DNA of 64,000 nucleotides from Eledone cirrhosa (Eukaryota), in the NCBI GenBank assembly GCA_964016885.1, contig OZ024746.1:102424001-102488000 (forward strand). The letters run 5' to 3'. The notes under the pieces were generated by a model. It worked only from the letters and a program-made list of their open reading frames with translations, did no database searches and was not told the DNA's origin. Within the stretch, counting starts at the first letter, position 1. Every line of letters starts with the position of its first letter. The translations under genes and the position numbers were made by a program. Shown in pieces: positions 54,916 to 64,000 of this stretch.

Positions 54916-55874
54916 TCACTCTCCTCCTCCCTGTATATATCTTTTTATCATTATCCTTTTCTCAAATATAGACAAATTACGACACACACACACAAATATT
55001 ATGCATGGATATGTTACCTGGAAGCTGGAGAGTGAGAATAATATAGAGGATAAAAGTCTATCTTCAGCAACAAGTGCTATATTGTCTCCCATGTTGAAAG
55101 ATTATTTTACAATATAAGAACTTGAAACTAAGACTAACTGAGTCACAGAATAGATAGGGATGTACACAAAAGACCTAGATGTGAAAAGAAGTGGAAATTG
55201 TGCAGATTGAACATTGAAGATGTGACCGATGTGAAGAAGCTGTGGAAAGATGTGGCGAAAAGTGTGAAGAATGCAATCCCTAGAAAGGTCATCCCCGAGA
55301 GTAAACATTGGGAGTTACAGCAAACGTTTTAAGACATAGAAAGAGTAGTTGTGGATTGTTCCGGTGAAAAGCAATGAATCGGAAGCATAACAGACGACGC
55401 CCAGCAGTTGGAGTTCGCTGCCAAGCAGATACCAATATAATATTATATATTAGGGAATCAGATAGTTTGTCTTTATTTCCTGTTGTTTTATTGCAAAAGC
55501 GTATCCTTGAAAGTGAGAGACAATATAGCGTTTGTTGGTGAAGATAATATAATTTGTTTATCTATATTACTCTCTATGCAGAAATAAGGAAACATTTGCA
55601 CATGGTCGACCCTGACTATACGTTCATATTAGTTGTGAAGCTTTGCTTTAGAGAAATAGAAAGAAGACGACTATATTTGTAATTCGAAGTATAATCGATG
55701 TAAGTATGATAAAAAATATTTGAAACATTGGAGATGATGTGCATCTAAATACTAAGCATATACAGATGCGCACATAAGTGAAAAGGAACACAAGCGCACA
55801 CAAATAGATGGATAGCTGCACACACATGCATACATATCTACCTAGTTGATGTTTAAATTTCAACAAGTCTTATC

Positions 55875-57465
55875 TTCATCACTTTACGTCCGCTTTTCCT
55901 TGCTTGCAAGGGTGGGACGAACCTATTGAGCACAGTATCTCTCCACTTGTCACGGTCCTTCGTCATCTCCTCATTGAGCTTTAGAGATTTGAGGTCTGCT
56001 CACACCAGCTCCGCCCGTATTTTTCGTGGTCTTCCTCTACTGCGTTGTCCTTCTACTGGGATTTCTTGGCACTTCTTTACCTAGGTGTCATCCTCCATGC
56101 GCATCACATGTCTATACCAACATAGTCTTCTCTCCTGCACACTACAACTTATCCCAGTTAAACAGTTTCTCCCTGAAGTCCTCCATGCCTAGTCGTTCAT
56201 TTCTCTCCAGCCATCGCATATCCTCTGCAGTTGCTGCCCAAGTCTCACTATCATGCAGCATCGCGCATCTCACACAGTCATCATATAACCATCCTTTCGT
56301 ACGCAGGGAGAAATCCTTCTTTGTCAACAGAGGAAGCAGCTCCCTAAATTTCTTCCGACCTGTCCTTATTCTAGATATTATGGTCTCGGAACACCCCTCC
56401 CATTCTAATCAGATCACCTAGGTAGCGGAAGCTATCACCCACTTCTTTAGAACCCACCTTCATGTGGTAAATGTGTCTATCACTGCGTCTTCTACTGTCA
56501 AGTTCTGTACAACTACTGCATACGTATTTCTCTCTACTTGTTAGTTTGCCTGCTATCCCACTACATCTCTTGTGTACCCAGGATCTGCATTGTGTACATT
56601 TTATAGAATTTATCCCAACTCCTTTTCTACATATTGAACATGACCATTTCCCTGATGGAATCAGAGTTTTGTCCTCTTCTCTACTTATCAATACTTTTGT
56701 CTTAGCTAGGTTCACTCTCAGTCCTCTTGATTCCAACTGATTTTTCCATAGACAGAATTTCTTCTCTAGTTCCTCTACTGAATCTGCTATAAGTACCAGA
56801 TCGTCAGCCTAGAGAAGTTCCCATGGGCAGTCAGTCTTAAACTCGTGTTATGGCTTGGAGAATTATAATGAACAAGATCGGGCTGAGGACAGAGCCCTGA
56901 TGTACTCCTACTTGTATCTGGAATTCCTCATTAAACTCCATTACTTCTCTCACTTTACTGACAGAACCTCTGTACTTAGCTTGCACTGTCCTCACAAGCC
57001 ATTCCTCTACACCTATTTTCCTTAGAGACCACCAGATGACAGATCGTGGTACACTATCAAAGACCTCCTCTAAGTCATCAAAAGCTAAGTATAGTGGCTT
57101 ATTCTTCTCTAAGAACCTCTCTTGTAGTTGTATCACTAAGAAGAGGGCATCTGTTGTACTTTTCCCAGGCATAAAACCAAACTGCATCTCATTTAGTTTG
57201 GCCCTTTCTCTAATTAGTTGCAATAGTATTCTTTCTGTCACTTTCATAACCGGATCCATCAGTTTGATGCCCCTATAATTGCTCATTTCCAGAGCATCCC
57301 TTTCTACCTTTGTCGCAATTTATAAGAATACTGCTGCACCAGTCTTTGGGTATGACTCAGCCATATATATAACTTGATTGACGATGCGTGCAACCAGTTT
57401 AGTAGCTACTTTTGATGCCCTAACCCTATATTCGTCTTTGTGAATAGCTGGTCCCTCTATCGGAT
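55875..57465 (-). mobile_element. RTE LINE, decayed, RT to 3' tail
   Basis: NYRGIKLMD, QFGF, GVHQGSVLSP, GLRVNLAKTK, C4HC3 finger, FRYLG, MLHDSETW; tail gcaagcaaggaaaagcggacgtaaagtgatga. Confidence 0.9.
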
Positions 57466-58654
57466 AATAATTTGTGAAAAAATGAAAGAAGAAAACACAC
57501 ACATACACTCTCTCACTCACATGAACAGACATTGAGCACTAAATATCTATTTGTTTTTAATATATAATTTCAATAATAATTAATTGCTAAGATGGATTAC
57601 ATTGCCACCGGTTATATTTTATATATTTCCTAAAACTCGTTTGTTTAAAAAGCTTATTTTTTTTTTCTTTTTACTCTGACATTTTGACTTGTAGCTCTGA
57701 TAAGTTGAGCTAGATTGCCAGCGTTGAAATAGTTGCGCTTTAGTTTTGATGTGGGGGTATAGTATATTGTCATGTATGTATATACTTATGTGTACATATA
57801 TCTATATATGTATGTATGTATACACGTGTATGTATATCTATATGTATATCTACATATATATATATATGTTATTGTGTATAGTGTTTGTGTGTTTACATAA
57901 GACTACAAATCTGTTTATGCAGCATTCCAATTAGCAAAGGGAGATTACTCTACAATATTTTAATAAAATTATTGGAGTTGTTTCCCTTTTATCCGGAAAT
58001 GTTGTCGTTTGATAAAACTGTGATTGAATTTATGCCTTGTTAAGGCTGGTTCGGTCTCAGTCAGTGCTAATTGTATGCTGTTAAAAGAAAGATATTTCAT
58101 GTGACATAATTACTGCAACAGGTTAGGTATTTTCAAGGTTTGGGGTTGTATTTTATTGTTTAAATATGATTGTCACTTAGATAAGACAGGATTCATCAAT
58201 TTGTAGAAGAATTGATAGGGTTAAGTTTTAATTTTTGGGTGGGTGTGTATATATGAAACTGAATAGCTATTTATATACATGATCTGTTGATTCTCTATCC
58301 TTCTTTCTCATAAATATAGACATAGAAATTACGATATACAAGTACACACATACATGCATACACTCACACACACACATATATTTCACATTGTTCTGATCAA
58401 AATATTTAATTTCTTCACAGAATAATAAATCATGTTTTAGTTTTTGCTGGTGTTGTTTGGATTGGCGGTGTTGTTGTGAGTGGTGGCGGTGTTTGTGTTG
58501 TTGTTGTTACACATACACACACATACCCACACTGACTGGCAAAACTTCTTTCATCTCAATGAAATTTCCGCCCAAACAACTACTACCACCTCCATCCCCA
58601 CCACCAGGTTCACAATTATACACACACACACAGATTCATACATACACACATGTG

Positions 58655-59077
58655 TGAGATGGTAGTGAGACATGGGCAGCAACTGCAGAAGATATGCGAC
58701 GGCTAGAGAGAAATGAAGCAAGCATGCTCCATTGGATGTGCAATGCCAAAGTGCGTGAACGACCAAGCATAGACGAGTTGAGAAAGAAACTGGGTATAAG
58801 AGGGATAAGTTGTGGTGTGCAGGAGAGAAGGCTGAGATGGTATGGACATGTGATGCGAATGTAGGATGACCGCCGGCTAAAGAAGTGCCAAGAAATCCCA
58901 GTAGAAGGAAGACGCAGTAGAGGTAGACCACGAAAAACATGGGCGGAGGTGGTGAGAGCAGACCTCAAATCTCACCGAGGAGATGACGAAGGACCGTGAC
59001 AAGTGGAGAGATGCTGTGCTGAATAGGACCCGTCCAACCCTTGCAAGCAGGGAAAAGCGGACGTAAAATGATGACGA
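58655..59077 (+). mobile_element. RTE LINE 3' end
   Basis: GSETWAATAEDMRRLERNE...RRLRWYGHVMR...RGRPRKTW; tail cccttgcaagcagggaaaagcggacgtaaaatgatga. Confidence 0.88.
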
Positions 59078-59139
59078 TATTAGTGGGTGTGTGTTCATAA
59101 TCACTCACGGGAAGTCAAATGGCTGCAGGTCAGTCAGAT

Positions 59140-59295
59140 TTATATTTAATTTATTTCTTAAAAAATAAAATTTGTTTAATTTATTTCTTAAAAAAAAGTT
59201 CAATTTAATTTTTTTCTTAAAAAATAAAAAGTTTAATTTCATTTATTTCTTAAAAAAAAAATTAAATATAATTAATTTCTTAAAAAAAAAGCTTT
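59140..59295. repeat. AT-rich short tandem repeat (tttaatttatttcttaaaaaa..)n
   Basis: About five to six degenerate copies read directly. Confidence 0.7.
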
Positions 59296-59464
59296 GTTAA
59301 ATTTATTTTTACGTTTTGTATTGGGGAAAAATTTTCCATTTAATTAATTTCATCATTTTGTTGTATATACACACATGCATATATACAATTGTTATATATA
59401 TATATATGAAATGTCATATAAGGTGGGAGTTATTAGAATACTTTGCAGTATTCCTTTTTGTTCT

Positions 59465-59550
59465 ATGCTCTCTGAGTTGAAATCCCGCCGAGGTCAATTT
59501 TGCCTTTCATCCCTTGGAAGTTGATAAAAAAAGTACCAGTGAAATACTGA
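59465..59550 (+). mobile_element. Nin-domain SINE fragment
   Basis: gagttgaaatcccgccgaggtcaattttgcctttcatcccttggaagttgataaaaaaagtaccag resembles a B box followed by the Nin core (gcctttcatcc..ggggtcgataaa..agtacc). Confidence 0.6.
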
Positions 59551-60017
59551 TGTGAATTCTTCCTCTCTTTATTTTTCTCACTTTATCTTTTTATGAATAA
59601 AAGTACCAGTCAAATACTGGGTTCCTCTCTTCTCTGTGTTTCCTCTCTTCCCTGTCTATCTTTCTGGAAGAATTTGCTATTTTTAGAACTGGAGGGGGTG
59701 GGATTTGTTAGGGATTAAGGTTAGAAAATGAAAGATATATATGTATATATATGTATAATATGTGTGTTGATGAAATTATGTTGGTGTTGGTGGTGGTAAA
59801 AATTGTTTTGCAAGATTTATCTGGAAAAATCTGTTGAATTATATTGTTTTGTTTTCACTTTGATTTATTATATAATTATGGTTGGTTGGTTGTCTCTCTC
59901 GTGGTTACTGGTATTGTCTCTCTGTTCTCTCGTTTGACAAACGACTTTATAAAAGCTGACTCAATATTGTTCAATGTTTTACTGCTACTTTAAGAGACGG
60001 GTGGGCAAAGGGGGACA

Positions 60018-61631
60018 ATAATATCTGCTTACACACCCCAATGTGGACTGCCTGGCGTTATTAAAGACAGATTCTATGAGTCGCTAATGCTCACTACCTC
60101 CCAACTAACCGACAGTGACAACATAATTGTTGCCGACCTAAATGGTCATGTTGGACAACATTGTGATAGCTATGATGGAATCCATGGTGGCTACAGGTTT
60201 GGTACCAGAAATGAGGAAGGCTTTAGAATCCTGGAATTCTGTAACTCTAATAACCTAACTATCTGTAACACAAACTTTAAAAACCAGACAATCGCTTGAT
60301 CACCTATAGATCAGGGGAACATGGCAGTCAGATAGATTATATCCTTACCAGAAGATGTGAAAAAGTGTCTGTTGTAAACACTATTTCCCTCCCCCGTGAA
60401 GAATGCACCTCCCAACATAGCTCATAGTTAGTGACCTCATAGTCAGGACGAGACGTATTCGACAACAGAGGAGGACTACCCTGAGAAGAAGAATATGAAA
60501 GTTAAAGGACCCCACAGCCAGTAACAAATTTAAAAGCAAATTACTTGATGCTTTTGACAGTAAAGAAGAGCAATTAGAGACATACAGTATAGAGGAACAG
60601 TGGGAATTCCTGAAAGTTAACTTGCTGAAGGCGACAGATGAAATCTGTAGCTGGAGCAGACCTATAGGCAGGAGGAGTCAATCAAGGCCAAAAAGAGAGC
60701 TTGGAAAGCATGGCGGGATGGGGGGAAGCAGAGAAGCCTATCAAGTGGCCAGGAGGGAAGCTAGGAGACAAGTGTACTTTGCAAGAAGGGAAGCAGAAGA
60801 AATAAAGTTCAAGCATGTTCTACAACGTGAGGACCAAAAACGTGAGGTGTTCAGGATTGCTAGGCAATGTGTCAAGGAAAACCGTGATATTGTCGGGGAG
60901 AAGTGTGCCCGTAATGATGATGGTATACTTGTCATCACTGATACAGATAAAAAGGTAGCTTGGAAGTGTCACTATGAGAGGCTACTAAATGAGGAGAATA
61001 AGTGGGAAAAAGATAGTCTGCCCCAAAACAATCCAATAGAGGAACCAGCAGTGCAAGTTGAAGGTTGTATAATAAGTAAGGCAATCAAAGATATGGAGAC
61101 AGGCAAAGCAGCTGGGCCTTCAGAGATAGTTGCTGAAATGTTGAAAGCATCTGGATCGGTGGGACATTCTATGGTCACCCGGATAGTAAACCATGTCATA
61201 CAGAATGGGGTTATACCAAATGACTGGCATAATGGCATCATCATCATTAACTGCTACAAGGGTAAAGGAGATGCCCTATATAGGGGAAACTATAGAGGCA
61301 TTAAATTAATTGACCAGGTCATGAAGGTCACAGAAAGAGTTATAGCGCAATTAATAAGAGAGCGAATTGATCTAGACGAAATGCCGTTTGGGTTTGTGTC
61401 AAGTAAAAGTACCACAGACGCTCTTTTCCTTGTACGACAACTACAGGAGAAGTACCTAGCTAAAAGTAAACCCCGATACTTAGCTTTTGTTGACTTGGAG
61501 AAAGCCTTTGACAGAGTCCCCCGCTCCATTATCTGGTGGACTCTTAGAAAACTAGGTGTTGATGAATTGCTTGTCAGAGCTATACAAACCATGTATGAAG
61601 AAAAAGTCAGCAAGGTTAGAATTAACAACGA
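60018..61631 (+). mobile_element. RTE LINE internal fragment (APE C-half to RT N-half), cut by a SINE
   Basis: ISAYTPQ, ADLNGHVG, ICNTNF, QIDYIL, GKAAGPSEIVAEML, NYRGIKL, DLEKAFDRVPR (ORF 60622-61695). Confidence 0.9.
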
Positions 61632-61632
61632 A

Positions 61633-61960
61633 TCATCATTTTACATCCGCTTTTCCCTGTTTGCAAGGGTGGGACGTGAACTGATTCTGGCTTGATTTCT
61701 ACAGCCGGATGCCCTTCCTAACACCAACCTCATTTACAGTGAGTGCTGGGTGCTTTATATCCGTGGCGCCTACACGTCCACTTTACAGTGGAATGATAGG
61801 GACCCCTGTCCTATCATCTCATTTCTACAGCTGAGTAAACAGGAGCAATGTGAAATAAAGTGTCTTGCTCAAGGAAACAACACATCACCCGGTGTGAGAA
61901 TTGAAATGACAATCTTTTGATTGCCAGGCCAATGCTCTAACAACTAAGCCATGTGCCTCC
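61633..61960 (-). mobile_element. CORE-type SINE, same family as 4530-4884
   Basis: Near-identical head, CORE and tail to the array SINE. Confidence 0.85.
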
Positions 61961-62080
61961 ATATACATATAAATATATATACATACATATACATACATAC
62001 ATACACATACATATATATATACATAATATACATATACATACATACATACACATAAGCATATACACATTCATATACACATA

Positions 62081-62520
62081 TACACAAGCATATATACATA
62101 TACACAAGTATATATACATATACACAAGTATATATACATATACACAAGTATATATACATATACACAAGTATATATACATATACACGAGTATATATACATA
62201 TACACGAGTATATATACATATACACGAGTATATATACATATACACGAGTATATATACATATACACGAGTATATATACATATACACGAGTATATATACATA
62301 TACACGAGTATATATACATATACACGAGTATATATACATATACACGAGTATATATACATATACACGAGTATATATACATATACACGAGTATATATACATA
62401 TACACGAGTATATATACATATACACGAGTATATATACATATACACGAGTATATATACATATACACAAGTATATATACATATACACAAGTATATATACATA
62501 TACACAAGTATATATACATA
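62081..62520. repeat. 20-bp minisatellite (tacac[a/g]agtatatatacata)n within a microsatellite
   Basis: Exact 20-bp period visible; 22 copies. Confidence 0.95.
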
Positions 62521-62937
62521 TACATACATACATATATACATATACATACATACATATATACATATACATACATACATATATACATATACATACATATACA
62601 TACATATATACACATACATACATATATACATATACATACATATATACATATACATACACACATATACATACATATACACATACACATATACATACATATA
62701 CACATATACACATACACATACATATACACACATATACACATACATACATATACATACATACATATACATATACATACACATACATATACATACACATATA
62801 TACATATACACATATATACATATACACATATATACATATACACATACACACATATATACATACACACATATATACATATACACATATATATACATACATA
62901 CACACACATATGCATACATATATATATATACATACAT

Positions 62938-64000
62938 AAAAACAAATTCACCTCATGGACGAGAATGCAAGGGCTCCTCCTCTTTGTTTCGGTCGTGGAT
63001 GGCTAACATAACCCATCTCCCCCATTTCCCCCCGCTCCCACCCTCCAAACGCAATCCAAAACTTCAGAGTTGGTACCATGAATGTAGGCACCTTAAAGGG
63101 TCGCTCTAATGAGGTTGTAGAAATGCTTGAACGTAAGGAGGTCGATGTTTGTTGTATTCAAGAGACCAGGTGGAGGGGTGGGTCTGCTAGATTCATCGTG
63201 GGTAAAGAACGATGCTATAAGCTTTTCTTGGTGGGAAATGACGATGGGCTGGGTGGAGTAGGAATCATGGTAGCAGAAAAGTGGGCAGATAAGATAATAG
63301 ACGTAAATAGAGTGAACGACAGAATAATTAAAATAAGACTTGTCCTCAATAGAACTACGGTGACAGTAATATCTGCGTACGCACCCCAATCCGGACTGCC
63401 CGGCACTATAAAAGACAGATTCTATGAGACACTGATGCTCACTACCTCCCAAATAACCAACAGTGACTATATAATTATTGCTGGCAACCTAAATGGTCAC
63501 GTTGGACAACATTGTGACGGCTATGACGGAATCCATGGAGGCTATGGGTTTGGTACTAGAAATGAGGAAGGCTCCAGAATCCTGGAATTCTGTGACGCAA
63601 ATAACCTAACTATCTGTAACACTAACTTCAAAAAACGAGACAATCACTTGATCACCTATAGATAGGGGGACACACAAGCCAGGTAGATTATATCCTTACC
63701 AGGAGACGTGACAGAGTGTCTGTTGTAAACACTAAATCCCTCCCCCATGAAGAATGCACGTCTCAACATAGACTCATAATTAGCGACCTCATAGTCAGGA
63801 CGAGACGTATTCGACAACAGAAGAGGACTATCCTCAGGAGAAAAATATGGAAATTAAAGGACCCCACAGCCAGTAATAAATTTAAAAGCATATTACTTGA
63901 TGCTTTTGATAGTAAGGAAGAGCAATTAGAGTTGTACAATATAGAGGAAGAGTGGGAATTCCTGAAAGCTAACCTGTTGAAGGCGACAGATGAAACCTGT
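62938..64000 (+). mobile_element. RTE LINE 5' region, APE endonuclease (runs off the window)
   Basis: ORF 63078-63665 NVGTL..IQETRW..GGVGI..ISAYAPQ..GNLNGHVG..ICNTNFKK; premature stop before QVDYIL. Confidence 0.92.

Noticed and set aside
55150-55335. Short plus-strand frame resembling a LINE linker (KKWKL...VKKLWKDVAKSVKNA)
   Set aside because: Too short and degenerate to assign without a search

Overview
Eukaryotic, repeat-saturated DNA with no intact host protein-coding gene. The RTE and CR1-group LINEs, CORE- and Nin-type SINEs and TACA/TA microsatellites suggest an octopus or other cephalopod genome (inference). Positions 1-~52370 are a tandem array of a ~5.9 kb unit: 8 near-identical copies plus partial ends, with copies 4 and 8 interrupted at the same base. 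Each unit contains a CpG-rich non-coding core, made of a 72-nt palindrome flanked by four ~25-bp repeats and a minus-strand tRNA-like Pol III unit (A box, B box, T5). Each unit also carries a decayed, 5'-truncated CRE-clade retrotransposon (RT, CCHC knuckle, RLE endonuclease), RTE fragments, two inverted SINEs and a microsatellite. Copy 5 is the most ancestral-looking, and indel combinations point to exchange between units. From 52370 to 64000 the sequence is mostly non-tandem TE remains: a Tc1/mariner-type MITE, CR1-like and RTE LINEs, and a SINE-microsatellite-RTE block that looks like the donor of part of the array unit. Most ORF-track entries are microsatellite or antisense artefacts. Boundaries are by eye and approximate.
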